The notes: generated by a model not told the origin, from the sequence alone. 63,272 nucleotides of DNA, filler included, from Sphacelaria rigidula (GCA_964200075.2; 6 parts of 6 records of this genome joined end to end with filler, not necessarily neighbours in it), one strand, 5' to 3'. Positions 10,630 through 23,637 are shown, counted from the first letter of the whole stretch. Numbers and translations: made by a program.

Positions 10630-12475
10630 CTACCGTAGCATCACTCCAAAAGGCGTGCCGCCGCGTGGTGTTGATGCCTTTTGGTTGCTGAAGGCAGCAA
10701 CTGAGTCGAAGTCTTGTTCTTGGGCCTCTTCCTCTGCTTCTCGCAGGAGTCGCTTCTTGGTCTCTACCAACCCCGCGTGTATGGGCTTGTGTGCGGGGCG
10801 TGCTAGGGCTGCAGTGGCGCTACTCATCGCACCTGCAATTGTTTTAGCACACTCACAGTGGCCTTGGATGGCAGATACGAGTTCACTACGTATACGATAC
10901 GTGATGCGCCCTCTTTCCTTCATGTCTGGGCTACACGGGTTTTCGTGGTGAACGGGTAACCAGCGGACGTCGTCCTCCAATGCTTTGTTGGGTACTTGTA
11001 GCAGCGTATGCAATACCAATTGTGCCGTCGGGTCCGGGATTACCAACTTATGGAAGATGCGACACATCCGCAAGACTGAAAGTTCTGAGGCCGTCCTCCA
11101 CAAATATTCCTCCTCTGCGAGGTGTGGAGAAGCTGGAGAAATCGTGGCCGCCATGGTTAACAGTATCAGACGGTGAGCGGCCGCTACGTAGCTCTCATTT
11201 TTCAGTAGTTTCATGTTTTGTAGTGCAGCTGTTGCATGGCTTGTACCCATTCTCGCTTCTTCTGCTACTAGCTTCCTGAGCCACTCCAGGGCGGTTACGT
11301 CCCCAAACGGTACGCGTATGATATCTCCCGCTACGCCAGGTACCGAGATATGATTTTCTCTCCAACTTGTCATCTCCATGTACGTCGCTGATGTGTGCAG
11401 CATAACGCGCATCAGGAGATCCCTACGCCTCTCTGTATACTGATCCGCTTGTGGTTTCAGCGGCTTACTTGTCATGTGTGCGTCAGTAGGCACCCTCCAT
11501 TATCCCCCTTCATACGCCGCTAACGTGGTTCGGAAATGGTTCGAGAAGAGGACCGCGGAGTTGTGATAAGTCAGTTCCGCAAAATGGTCTACAGACCGTC
11601 CCTTGTATACGATGACATCAGTGTCCTTGGAACCGAGCAGCTTGGCTAAAGTGTTTGCTTGACGGGACACCGATTGCTGGTGTTTCAGTACTGCCGACCA
11701 GTTGTGATCAAACGGGTGAGCAAATAAATGGTGCGGGAATACGAGGGTACGTGGCCCCATACGGAGTCAACCCGTCCATCCAGGATTGGTCTGCCGGGGT
11801 TACGCCAGAGGGATTGAGGGATCCGTAGAACGGACTGCAGTAGAAACTGACCGGGCCTGGCGCGACCATAAACCTAGAGCGGCGCTCTGGGGGCAACGGC
11901 GATGGAGGCAGCTGGGAACGAGTGAAATTTCCCGCGGCCGTTGCTTGAGGAGCCCCCTGAGGCACAGAGACTGGCATTGCCGGCTGAAGAGGCGGAGGAA
12001 CAGACGACGGGACATGCTGAGGCATCGGGCCAAAGTTCCCTTGCTATTGCTGCTGAATCTACTGCTGCTGCTGCGGCGCCGCTGCCTGTTGCGGCAGGAG
12101 GGGTGCAACAACCTGCTGATGAAGATGCGCGGCTACCTGTTGCTGCGGAAGAGGTCCAACAATCTGCTGCGGAGGGAGTGCGGCAGCCTGCTGTTGCTGG
12201 ATGGGTCCAATATACTGTTGCTGAGGGGGTGCGGCAGCTTGCTGTTGTTGAACAGGTCCAACAAACTGTTGTTGGGGGGGTGCGACAGCCTGCTGTTGCT
12301 GAACAGGAGCGAAAGGTTGTTGATACTGGGAGGCTTGCACTGGAGGCTGTTGACTTGACCCGGATGGGTAGAAGGGTTGGGCTTGCGGGTTCAAGGGGTT
12401 TCCGCTCATCCTTTCGCCGATTTTCGAGTTGGCTATGCGGCACTTGGAACGATAACCTGCATACATATGCCACAT
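10630..12475 (-). pseudogene. Gag-like polyprotein, disrupted
   Basis: ORFs 12059-12475, 11708-12025, 11500-11760 and 10630-11493 join across stops and a frameshift. Q/P-rich N-terminus has four 17-aa (51-bp) repeats; LQNMKLLKNESYVAAAHRL resembles a capsid major-homology region. Confidence 0.55.
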
Positions 12476-13378
12476 GGGTATAATAACACCAGTTAAACGT
12501 ACTGCATAATATTAATACAGTCCCTCACCTCCTTCGTGGGCGCATTGAGCGGAATGGAGTTGAAAACGTTTTCAACTCATCAACGGTGAGGGGACACGAT
12601 AGGATATAACGGACAGCATCACTTTTCCATCATGATACGAAAGTGGACACCGGAAAGGGAAGGCAAACAGGGGGAGAACAGGAATTTGATCAAGCAAGAC
12701 AGGTTCATGTGAGCATGTCGGCCCAGGTTTTCCTTTGTGGGGAATAATGAAGGATATTCCCGTAGGCCTCGGCCTCCTGTCAACCTGTAAGGGTACGCGA
12801 GGGAAATATGGCTCCCATGAACCTGTTCGGGCAAGCACGGTCTTGCTATCTTGGGCCTTCGTCCTCCTTCATTTCCCTGTATGTAGTGATTTCCCGCCTG
12901 CTTGTTGTATGAGCCTATTGTATAATGCACGCATACTCCGGACTCACGCCAATTTCCCAATTCATCCACACGTTGTCTGGCTTACATGCTAGCAAAGTGC
13001 ATGATGTTCACAATTATTATTCTCGTCGTTCAGTACCAGCCAACCGTCCTGCCGGTTTCTTTTCGATATATATTTCGGCAAAAGAATGCGTGGAGCCCGT
13101 AGACCCTCAAGGCCAGAAGCCCTGCCCAGAAGAACGCAGCCCTGTCCCGATGGTGGTCATAACATGCACGGATAGACGATCAACTTTTGTAGTTGGTTGC
13201 CGGTGCGTGCAGAGTAGACAGACAACGGGAGTCGGTGTAGTGTCCGTCGGGTAGCCCCGTGCAGGTCTCTTGGCTTGCAACACTCTCAGCAGCTGCCCAA
13301 TCGTGGCAGTGTTGAGGTGATCATCGCAGCCATGGGTGGAAAACTTAAGTTATCAATGACTGATGGTTGATAATCCGC

Positions 13379-13491
13379 AGCCCCGGGAATCGTTTAATCA
13401 ATATTGCGGAAGAGAAAATCATATTATGGTCAGCCTAGCCCCGGGGATAGTTGAACCAACACTGCGGAAGAAAAAACAATATTATGGTCAG
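13379..13491. repeat. 58-bp diverged tandem duplication in the element leader
   Basis: AGCCCCGGG...TGCGGAAGA...ATATTATGGTCAG occurs twice. Confidence 0.8.
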
Positions 13492-16400
13492 TGCAGGGGT
13501 GCACTTGGATACGATCCTTCCGTGTATTCAAAGTCGTGAACTAACTAAAATACACGGTTGGGTCTGGTTTATTCAAAATCGGAGCAGGCACCCCACAACC
13601 TTGAGCGATCCTACAGGGAGAACCAAGTTGAGGTGACATCCATTTTCATGACAATAAACATCCCTACTATCAATGAGCTGCCCCCCGTAGGGTAAATGTC
13701 TCATTTTCGTCTATTCAAACCTCTCGGTTTCCGTTCAAGACAAATTGGCTGCCTAGTCTGGTAGCGGGTGTAATTCGTGGTTCAATGGAGATTCACTACA
13801 GACAGGTCGCCATGCGTTTTCGGAGTTGGTAGACGCAAACATCCCACACCCCATGCGTACCGTTCACCTAACCGCCATCCTTCTCAACATCATGTTTACT
13901 CAACACGCGGCAGCATTGTAAAGCTGTGGGGTCAAGACGGATAACGATACGCGGCGACGGTGTGACTGCATGTAATGATTTGAAGTAACAGCACATTCTA
14001 AGCGTGGCTGGCTTTAGTGAACGAACCGGAACATCACGACCTGACTGCCGGCCTTGATACGGTGCTTGCGTCGCGAAGCTAATCGAGTGCAGTGATACCA
14101 AACCACCGAACAGTTCAATACCCCTCACTCACTCAATCATCGTGGGTCAACTCGGTGTGGTGTACGCACACGTGATCAGTTTGCCTAAACACTGTTAATT
14201 GCCCCGCATCGTGTGTGTAAATCGATCAATAATACAGTACCACCTAGTACCGCTAAGATCTAAAAGGACCCCCTTGTTCCTCCTGTAAAAGCACACTACA
14301 CGTGCATTACTAGACGGAATACAAAGTCAGGGAGTTCGGCGATATGCTCGTACTGGGCTGTGAACAGTCAGTACAGTCATCATGTACCGCCCTTCTTGTG
14401 AGAGCAGTCACAACTCATTCGAACGGTCGTCCGTAGAGGGTTTAATTTAACATCACGACCCAATTGTGGAATAATTGACCATCAATATGTCGGGATACCC
14501 CGTTTTCAACAATTCCAGGGTTGCCTGTTTCACCGGTAGACTACTGTAACGGTAACATGATGGCTGAAGACAACATAACATTGCCCCTTGTAACTGCATC
14601 AATCGGCAATAACCGAGCGCACAGCAGCTGTTGCGTGGATGATCCAACAAGCGGTGTAGCGGAATGAAGATTCTCAACATCCTTCCTTGATCCTGTCGAA
14701 GCAACCATCGTTAATAGATCCGGCTCTTCCTAGAAAAAGCGTCCATCTGGATTACTCAGGGCGAAGAGAGGCGCGAGTCTCGAACGCAAAGGTGTAACCG
14801 CAGCTGTAGCCTGGTGCGTAATGCACACACATCGGTGTTCATTACACGCTAAACCCAGGAGCCGCTTGAGTTGTGAATACACCCATCGTGGCTCCGGGTT
14901 CCTCACTCTATCGCCGTCTGAGAATTAATGACATCCGAGGTAGCACCGGCACGCTGCATTAGGTATCATAATCAGTCTGACGTTTCACAGTAGTGACAGC
15001 TTACGAATTTGAATCTAACCCCCAGGTAGCATGCGCCAAGTGTCATCCCAACGGTATCCAGTAAACCGTGAAATGAATGCAAGCGGGTAGCACGAATACT
15101 ATGAGCCCAGTCATCATTATCTTTTCCTCCATAGGTTACAGCTGTTACGGCCAAACAAAGTTGACTCATTACGTCGCCAAGTTCTTCAACACATGAACTC
15201 GAGTGCTGGCGGTCAATTCAATGATCAAATCATCCGCAATTATACTATAAAATGTATACGGGTAGTTATTTGTACATCATACAATGCGCTCGGTACGACT
15301 GCCTTTGTGGAGGTTCCCGTGGTTGTAGACATGCATTAGCTAACTCGCGTCACAGCGATAGCTACTATTCACAGCTGTAGCATAGTGTAGATAGAACGGG
15401 TGCCTTGCCTTCGCATGGAAACATCATTTCAGGCTGTTAAAAGAACTCGTGCACCGAAAGATATGGGTCGTGTGTGTCTGAAAATATTGCATCTGTGTTT
15501 GTGAGGTGCAGGGCAACTTGACCGGCTGACTTGTACAGGAGGGGTGCGCACATCCAGTATCCGCTGAGTGGTATACAAGCTAGCCTCCAAGTGTTTTACC
15601 TCACTGCAAACGGGCGGTGTACCACCACACCTGTTCGTTGTGTGCAGCAAGCCTACAGCTGTTACATAACGCGGTGTGGAGACGATGTCAGCATGTAGCA
15701 GTATCGTGCTTGACCTAATTTTTATACACCTACGCAGGCGAATAATCACGCGAGAATTTGCCCTTCACATGCCATTTTACTGTAACACAGACACATAAAG
15801 CCCAGCGGTAAACAATAATCGCCACTTTAACGCTGTACACACACATCTTCAGTGGCGCCGGATAAAACCAGTAGGCAGCGACTCAAAGTGCATACACGAT
15901 CGCCCGCTGACCAGTTGATTTACTTTTACATCCCAAGGCAACGCCTCAGTTTACTATTGGTCCACGACCTCGAGAAAAAACAGAACGTGGTTTTTCGGGC
16001 GGGTCTGGATTTTGAATCGAATAGCCGGTCATTATGTTGTTAGCTGTATGGGTATGAGCCCGTTGACTCACGTATGTGGCGGTGGTTTATGTTCTCCAGT
16101 CATTTTACATGTACGCACGCAGAACTCAACCTCCCACCCGGGCAGCTGACTCGTCTTGAAGCCCTTTCCAAAATTGTACCTTGCAGCATTTGTCCAGACT
16201 ACCTCCTTTTTGCTCTATTGAGCGCATCTCTGCGCATGATCGTGTAATGATGGCTCTGTTGATTAATGCTCACTCCGGTTTTAGTTTTGCACACGCTTCG
16301 CAATAAAACATGGCTCTTGCAAATGAGTACAAATAGGAATCACCCGCTTTGGACGTGTTCATACTCTTTTGGAAAATATGCCTTGTTGGTTAATATCTCG

Positions 16401-16713
16401 ATGTCAGGAGTGAGTTGGTTGTCCTTACCCTGACCACATGCGTCTCCGCAGTTTGATTTCCCCTGTACTGGCGCAAAACGTGAGCGCGTCGCTCCCAGCG
16501 AACATGATGATAGTTGGCTATTTCTCTGTCAAGTTATGTCCTTGCTAACACAAATCTAGCATGGTGATGCAAACGAGGTTGCACCATGTAATCCTTGTTT
16601 CATACTTCGAAGTATATAAACAAAATCGAATCCCTGAGCCGCTGGTACACATATCCTCCTGCGGCATGGTTCCTTCCTGAAAAGACCGCAGACGATATAC
16701 TGCCACACAATAG

Positions 16714-16731
16714 TCCCGGTTGGAAGCAGCA
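16714..16731 (-). promoter_or_regulatory. Primer-binding site
   Basis: TGCTGCTTCCAACCGGGA immediately follows the LTR end ...TGTAACA; one change from TGG..., complementary to a tRNA-like 3' end ...TCCCGGTTGGAAGCACCA (tRNA identity not established). Confidence 0.65.
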
Positions 16732-17412
16732 TGTTACAAACAGAATAGTGTTGGCCATAGTTGTTGTCAATATGTATGTCTCTACTGTGCGAGCCGAGTA
16801 CTAGAGCGAAGCAACTATAGCATTTCGGTCGTGCAAGTTACGACGACTCGCTAGCTCATGCAGATACGACTTACTTTTACTTATATAACTACACATTTCA
16901 CTATTCCATTTGGCACACAGTTCGGTTTTACTATTTTGTCGACCTTCATACATCTACTCACTGCTTTAATCAAACAGCGTTACAGTCTCACCGTTGTTCC
17001 TGAACAATTGTGAGCTCACAGCACGTGGGAAAGTCCAACGCAGAACGATACAAGCCGAGCGTCTGGACAGTTCTTGGTCACAGCTTCAGGCCGATTCGAT
17101 TTCTCTTTTTCTCTTGGTGGTGTTAACTTGGCACTTCCAAGAAGTAAACACCAGGGTGCTAGTTGAATCGATCCTCGGAAAGAACCGGATCCAACCAGAT
17201 GTAAAGAGGCATGTTCATGTATTCCGTCTCTTGACTGATTTCCCGCCTTCACCCCTGATTGCGGTACTAGCCAGTTCCCGCAATCAGCCCTCCGGGCGCA
17301 ATGTCACATTGAAACCGGCGGCCCATTATCGTACTGCCCTTATCCACCACGCCACGCCGCGATCCGTAACAGTTTCCCACCTACATCGACTATATTTACG
17401 TGAGCTGTAAAA
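16732..17412 (-). repeat. 5' LTR (640-681 bp)
   Basis: Ends ...TGTAACA at 16732. Starts either TTTTACA at 17412 (mutated TG, abutting the RT) or TGTTAC at 17371. Confidence 0.6.
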
Positions 17413-17413
17413 A

Positions 17414-18826
17414 CTTGCCTTCTGGCAGTAAAACCGCGTTGTCAATGTTCGTGTTGCAGTGGGCGTGGTCTGCCACCGATGCCAATACCCCCCAGAAACC
17501 CGGCGAGCCTGACCAGCCGAGCGTAAGCCGGAAGTCACACACACCCAGGTTATCCACAACGTAGCCGAATTGATGCGCGTGGTCTGGATCTATCCTCACA
17601 TTACGAACGCACCCGATACATCTGCCTTTGCCATGAGTATGCGTTTTTTGGGGTATTTTTCGTAAAGAAATGAGCTCTTTTAGGAACTCCTGCAGCACTT
17701 CTCCGCATAAACAGGCCGGCACGTCTTCAGGGCTTGTGTCACCGTTTAACCCTCCTTTTCTTTTCCGAGTGCGTTGCACGTTGAAAGACAAATCGTTGAA
17801 TATGCGGACTTCTTGTGTGGTTACTGCTCCCAGGGGGGACAACCGCAGGTTCGAGATTTTTCGGGCGGTCGACTTTTCGACTATCAGACACTTTCCCCTG
17901 CGTCCATCGTCTCCCAGTTCCCAAATTTTTGGTAGTTGATCGTGGGTGCTACTGTGATGGCCATACTGTAGTGCGCAGTCGAGGTTCTCTTGCGTGGGGG
18001 ATGCAGTGCCTGTCGCGCCGACGGGGACACCTGTGGATACGATAGTAACGAGTTGGTCTGTCTGCGGGAAGCCCTTTCCCTCCCCGAAATACTTCCTGAT
18101 CTCGTGCGGGTCTACCGGCGGCGTGACTAGCGGTCCCCCGATAGACCTCGCGACATCCCCAATGCGTCCACCGCGTTTTTCTGTGATGCGCGTGCAGATA
18201 TTTGCCAGTCTGGCCCCATCGTCAGTAATGGGGTGACTGGCCCCATGGTCACTACTGGGGTAACTGGCCCCACGGTCAGTGAAGGGGTAACTGGCCCCAT
18301 GATCACTTAAGGGGTAACTGGTCCCATGCTCGTTCAAGGGGTAACTGGCCCCACGATCACTACTGGGGTAACTGGCCCCATGGTCACTACTGGGGTAACT
18401 GGCCCCATGATCACTACTGGGGTAACTGGCCCCACGGTCACTGAAGGGGTGACTGGTCCCACGTTCATGAAGGGTGTATCTGGTCCCCGCTGCCTGCAAA
18501 ACTGACGTGGCTTGTTCTAATTTGCCAGGGGTTACTTTTGTCGGTGGCGCTACGCCGACCGCCTGTGAGAGCGAAACTGAGTGGGTTTCTGCAATCTGGT
18601 GGGTTACGCGTTCATGTCCTGAACTAAGTGACGCGACAAACTTCCGAGGGCACACTGATACCCCATTTCCTTTGTAATCCTGATTCTCCATACGTTCACA
18701 ACCCCGGCCGCAAGGCACCGCTACCTCTGTTTGCTCTCTACATCTCTCACCCATCAAACACGGTCGCTGGGACCGACCCAGGTGAAGGTACCCCGATAAG
18801 CCCCACGGACCTAGAGGCGTCCGCAA
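17414..18826 (-). pseudogene. Reverse transcriptase N-terminal half (DIRS/Ngaro-like)
   Basis: LSPLGAV...VRIFNDLSF; KRILMAKADVSGAF (in a locally shifted frame); DFRLTLGWSGSPGFWG. Cut off before the YxDD motif. Confidence 0.85.
18210..18477 (-). repeat. 27-bp coding minisatellite, ~10 units ([13 protein letters not shown])
   Basis: GGGGTAACTGGCCCCAYGRTCAC... repeats at a 27-bp period, in frame within the RT ORF. Confidence 0.95.
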
Positions 18827-18896
18827 ACATCGTGTTCACGTCGCTACCCGCTTCTCCTGTCAATGTCGGCCCTGACGGTGGGCAGAGCCCGCGCCC

Positions 18897-20471
18897 TCAT
18901 CCGCCCCCGTTTCCTCTCCCGCCGGCGGCGCTTTCCCCCGTTCCCCCGCCGCGCCCTCCGTAGGTATGTGAGTAACGTGCTACCAGTGCCGGGGCTGGCG
19001 CCGATTGCTGGTGCTGGTGAGCGGGCAGTTGGTGCACCTGAGGTAGTCTATGCTGTGCCGGGGTTGCCGGAGGCTGCAGGGGCGGGGGCGAGGGTGGTGT
19101 CTGGGCCGGCGCCGGCGTTGTCGGCGTCGGCGTAGCCTGTGCCTGCCCGGATGCCAGTCGAGACACGATATCGTGTGAAAACCTACAGTTTTTTCGCGTT
19201 AATGGTTGGTTTTGCCAGTGGTAGACGCAAACATCCTTTGGGGTCTGCCACTGGACCTTTCTCCGCGCGAAGGTCGACGGGGGTCCCCGCCGGCGTGGTG
19301 TTGCTCAAAGAGGGAGGAGCTGCGGAGCCTGCCTGCGACGTCGCTTTACGTTTTTTGTTGGGTTTTGTCTCCCCGACCGGCCAGAATGCAGATTTCTCGA
19401 CGGGGCAGTTGGGCCCGTCCTCAGTGATGAGGGCTTTTAGTTTTGTAAAAACCGGCGCCGCTACCGGCTCCCCCGTCATCGACGGCGGAACGACGGCCAG
19501 ATATGTCCTCCGGAGGTGTTGTGCCTGAAGTGCCATCCGGTAGAAGAATTCCTCTAATCCGGTGTCCATGGCTGTTAGAAGCGTGGCGCTGACCGTCGTT
19601 CTATGTGGGTACAGTGATGTGTAATGATAATATGTATACTCCCTTACTTGGTTAGCTACTGATTCGAACCCCGACTGAAGGGCGCGCGTGCGTGTCTTGC
19701 ATAACTCGGGAGCGTGCTCCATGGGGGTGAGCAACACCGTGAACAGGGACGCGACGAACGTGTGAAAATGCACATCAGCTGGCATGCCCATGGGGGTCGA
19801 GCCTGGTGGCACCATTTTTTCAAGTCCATCGTCTTGAAATTGGCCAGGTTTTGCAGCTGGTTGGCGGACGCGTGCGTAACGTGAGCCATCTTCTTGAGCG
19901 TGAGTTGTTGAAGGTGGAAAGTGCGATCTTCATTCACGTCAAAGCCCCCCCTCAAGAGGAAAAACATGGGCCCAGTGGTGGCCCGCCACGAGTCCACGGT
20001 ACAGTTTGTATTTGCTTTTATAGCCGCCTATTCAGCTGCGGTCCGTTGTGCCGCCGCTTGCGCGCCAGCTGCTGAAACCTGCGGGTGTGGTGGTTGTTGC
20101 CACCCGTTCCCGATCTGTAGCGGTGGTTGCTGTGGGGGTGCCTGCGGGAATTGTAGCGGCTGCGGCTGCTGGTTATTCTCGACAGCCTGTAGGCGGTTGG
20201 TCGTCTGGGCCAATGCGGCCAGTATGTGCTGCTGAAAAATCTGCTGCGACATCACGGGCGCTTGCAGTACGCCCTGGGGTTGGTCGGCCGCCGCTGCTGC
20301 TGCCGCGTGTGGGTTATTATGCCCTGCCACCACCTCGCCGCCTTGGTGTGTTTGGCTTCCGCCGCCGTCTGTGGGAGGTCCACCGGCCCGTACCCCAGCC
20401 ATACCGTCTCCGTGTGGTGCCAGATTTTCATCTCCGCCTGCTTGAGCCGCGCCCCCGCCTATGCCAGACAC
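18897..20471 (-). pseudogene. DIRS/Ngaro ORF1 (gag-like)
   Basis: ORFs 20028-20471, 19656-19997, 19183-19815 and 18897-19166 join across a stop and frameshifts; degenerate CCCH finger CVYHWQNQPLTRKNCRFSH at ~19172-19230. Confidence 0.7.
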
Positions 20472-20956
20472 GATGTAAAAGTAGATCGATCCTCTGCGAA
20501 GCGCGCTAGTTCTTGTCTACTTCTTCCTACTTGTGCTGCTTAGACCAGTAGGACGCTGCTAGATGAAGGCTACTCGTTGCTGGTGACAGTATCTGTACTC
20601 GTGTGTGCGGCAACCTAGCTGCGATGGCCAACTTTTCTACTGGCAGCGGCACTGCAGCTGAGAAACAAGGATAGACGGCGTACCGTATAGATAAGCACTT
20701 ATATTTTTATGTACGTACGTCCCACATTGTCAGAATTCATACACGCCTCCACAAACGCCGCTTTCATACTGAAAGCTGTATTTCGAAGCACAGGCGTGTG
20801 GACATACGCTCGTAAGCAGTGTGTGGAATCTCCATTCAGCAAAAGCTGTTGGGAATTCATCCTTTACCCTAATCGGTACATGAACTGGCGGGGCAAGAGG
20901 ATGAATTACTTTCAACAACTTTTACTGCGTGTCGGATCCCATACGCTGATAACGTC

Positions 20957-21028
20957 TGTGGCGAAATCACGCCGTCATGGTTGAGTATATAGTGGATCCT
21001 GGATGATGACCAGGGGACAAGGGCATCC
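20957..21028 (+). mobile_element. Start of a Gypsy LTR, cut by the contig end
   Basis: TGTGGCGAAATCACGCCGTCA... matches 58243-58314; similarity begins at the TG. Confidence 0.85.
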
Positions 21029-21128
21029 NNNNNNNNNNNNNNNNNNNNNNNNNNNNNNNNNNNNNNNNNNNNTTAATTAATTAANNNNNNNNNNNNNNNN
21101 NNNNNNNNNNNNNNNNNNNNNNNNNNNN
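21029..21128. other. Artificial contig spacer
   Basis: N44-TTAATTAATTAA-N44. Confidence 0.98.
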
Positions 21129-21153
21129 AACAGTTCGCAAGTTGGGTTGCCCA

Positions 21154-21202
21154 CTTGAGCCTCAATTCAGAGTTAAACCTCAATTCTCACAATTTGCTGT
21201 TA
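21154..21202 (+). repeat. Repeat terminus shared by the starts of contigs 3 and 4
   Basis: CTTGAGCCTCA...AGTTAAACCTCAATTCTCACAATTTG(C/T)TGTTA also at 31710-31758. Confidence 0.85.
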
Positions 21203-21311
21203 TATCGACTATTTTCTCGTCCCAACCATGAGCTCTCTTGAATATTGACACCAAGATTCGGATCGTCAGTGGGGCGCCCAGTGCCAACTGCTTCATCACG
21301 CGTTTGCCTTA

Positions 21312-21511
21312 TTTATCATCGCGAGAGGGGTTCAACGGTCCTATTTTCTCGTCGACCATGAAGTTGAAGTTGTGTAACCACGACATAGTCGTTCTTCACT
21401 GTTGGGCATGGTTTGAGAAAGTCCCAGATCGTGGAACTGCATCCAGATCGAACCCACGACCCAATCTTCAAAACGTTTCGAGGATACCAACTATGAGCCA
21501 CCGGGGCGACC
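21312..21511 (-). mobile_element. tRNA-derived SINE, 5' part
   Basis: Homologous to 43489-43860; GGTCGCCCCGGTGGCTCA head and GGTTCGA B-box. Confidence 0.8.
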
Positions 21512-22151
21512 ACTACTAATTCAGAGGAAAACATAATACAACAACGTTCCTGATAAAAGCTGACTCTCAATCAGAAGCTAGACTCTCAATCTCTCGAAAA
21601 CCATGTGATATCTGTGTTTCGGTTATGTTTTATCATCACGTGTGGTGTTGTTCGCGTGGGCATGATCTTCATGCCAACTCAAGGACCCCATTTCGCGATC
21701 TGCAGCCCGCGCTGCTCATGTTGTATTTGTATGAATCGTGATATCTACTCTTTCTTCCGATTGCTGCATGAAGATCAGCTTTTCTTGAACGTCGTACTGA
21801 AATCAAGTACAGTAGTTGACAACGACATGCAAGCATACTGACATCAACTACGTGGCAATGTTATACCCCACGCTACTGTAGAGTCAGACAACTTGTATCC
21901 CATACTAACGTTGTTATCCCGTTGTGGGCGCTACTGAAACCAGGTGACTTTCTGGTATCTCACCAGAGTCAAGTGCTTGGCCAACCCCCCTCGTACTATC
22001 CCCCCCCCCCGCGCGCGCGCGAATCGAACTCCGACTCTCGGAGGAGTCATGATCCTTCGCGACTTGTTGTGTCTACCCTTGGGTGATGATTGATGACAGG
22101 TTACGAAATTTCCGACGTAGATGCTCTCTGAAACACGCTTTCTTGCACGTG

Positions 22152-22156
<5 letters not shown>

Positions 22157-22212
<56 letters not shown>
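22157..22212. repeat. (GT)n microsatellite
   Basis: About 28 perfect GT units. Confidence 0.98.
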
Positions 22213-22213
<1 letters not shown>

Positions 22214-23602
22214 GGCTCTTTCTGAACGTCCTGCGGTGCTCTCCCTGATTTTGTCGTATGTGTAGTTCCAAATATCTTGACTTTTGTCATGATAAAGCTG
22301 CCTTGACAGGAGAACGGCAATGCGATATATAAGTTAGGATTTGTGCTTTTACCGCCTTTGTATTCTCAAATGTCTTAGAAATAGTGTGTTGGAAGCTGTT
22401 TCGAAAGGACAATAATAAGACCTCGCGCGATCTTTCAATTGTAAGGACACATATTTCCCCTCTGTGATTCGCACGGCACAAGCCAGCACCTGTTGCCATA
22501 CGTGATTCGTGCGGCATGCATCAAACGAACGCCATCCCTACCCACCATGCGGTTCGAACGGCAAACGTGGTTCTTGTGGGGACAAATCGTGGGAATCTTG
22601 ATACATCGGATGCGTATATTCTGTACCACATCTCCCCTTCACTCTGCGCACACGACTCCACCTACTACATGTGTTGGGAATCATTTCCTCGACTCTTGTC
22701 GCACCCGCTTCATTCATTACACTGCCACTCTTCTCAAATCCACCCCGACTCCTCGCCACTATGACCACACCACCACACACACACGCACACACGATCACCA
22801 TGGGTGCATGACCAGAACAAAACTTCTACATAACCCCCAACACGAAAGCCACATATTTCGTTCTGTCAACAAACACATACAACCGTCCGACTCTTCCCTC
22901 GCCTACCACGGTACCTATCGCACATCTCGAGCTCCGCACAATAGACTGAGCCAAGCCACCTCCAAAAAAGGCACCTCATGCGCGGGGATGCCGCTGGCGT
23001 CACTACAATAACCCCTCCCCCCCGTGAGAATGCATGTTACGGAGCTCGAAGACCACTTCCCAGCCCCCCGGTGGGCGTGCAACACGGCAATATAAGACCT
23101 TCGTGCCATTTTCCCCTTTTCATCACTACAGCCTGTTGTTTTCGGCAACGCGTCACTTTCGTCGCCCAACGTTTTACCAACAACGGTCACCGGCTCCGGG
23201 ATCAGGAGAATGACAAACAGAAGCCACTGAAGCTCTCTTTCGAGTTTTCTGCTAGTCGACGCACTACTGGAAGCACTCCGCGCAAAAAGAGTCCACCCGA
23301 ATTTTTGAGACAAGTATCAACATATTTCACATATATCTGGAACTACCCCTCGTCGTACGTACTCTCCACAAACAGGAACACGGGGTTTACCGCAACGCAC
23401 AAGTGTACTGCAGTACCACCGTACCATCGTTCATCTGCCTTGCACTCCAGCTCCAGGGGCCCGCGTGTCAAAATCACACCGAGGGCGTCGATACATTTTC
23501 ACAAACTTCCTCTTTCCAGGTGGATTTTTGCATTTCCAAGTCATCACCCAGAAATCGAAAATTGTCACAATTAGTTCAAGTACAATGCGACATACTTTGC
23601 CC

Positions 23603-23603
<1 letters not shown>

Positions 23604-23635
<32 letters not shown>
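23604..23635. repeat. Poly-C tract
   Basis: 32 consecutive C, ~250 bp downstream of the PARP stop codon. Confidence 0.95.

Positions 23636-23637
<2 letters not shown>

Larger units (their letters stand above)
10630..17412 (-). mobile_element. LTR retrotransposon, 5' part (LTR, PBS, ~4.2-kb leader, gag-like ORF); pol not on the contig
   Basis: Collinear LTR-PBS-gag on the minus strand; the 5' end abuts and truncates the DIRS/Ngaro RT. Confidence 0.65.
17414..20700 (-). mobile_element. Tyrosine-recombinase retrotransposon (DIRS/Ngaro type), 3'-truncated
   Basis: ORF1 with a CCCH-like finger followed by an RT ORF of the DIRS/Ngaro type; RNase H and recombinase absent; 5' boundary approximate. 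Confidence 0.8.

Noticed and set aside
11786..12483. Long plus-strand ORFs over the Q-rich region; likewise the plus-strand ORFs at 7164-7616 and 48206-48802
   Set aside because: Antisense shadows of low-complexity coding sequence on the other strand.
13827..13844. 18-bp exact match to 19219-19236 (TGGTAGACGCAAACATCC)
   Set aside because: No similarity beyond the match; cannot be told apart from chance.
18210..18477. CRISPR-like look of the 27-bp array
   Set aside because: The variable parts are ~11 bp and related to each other, the array is in frame in a retrotransposon ORF, and there are no cas genes.
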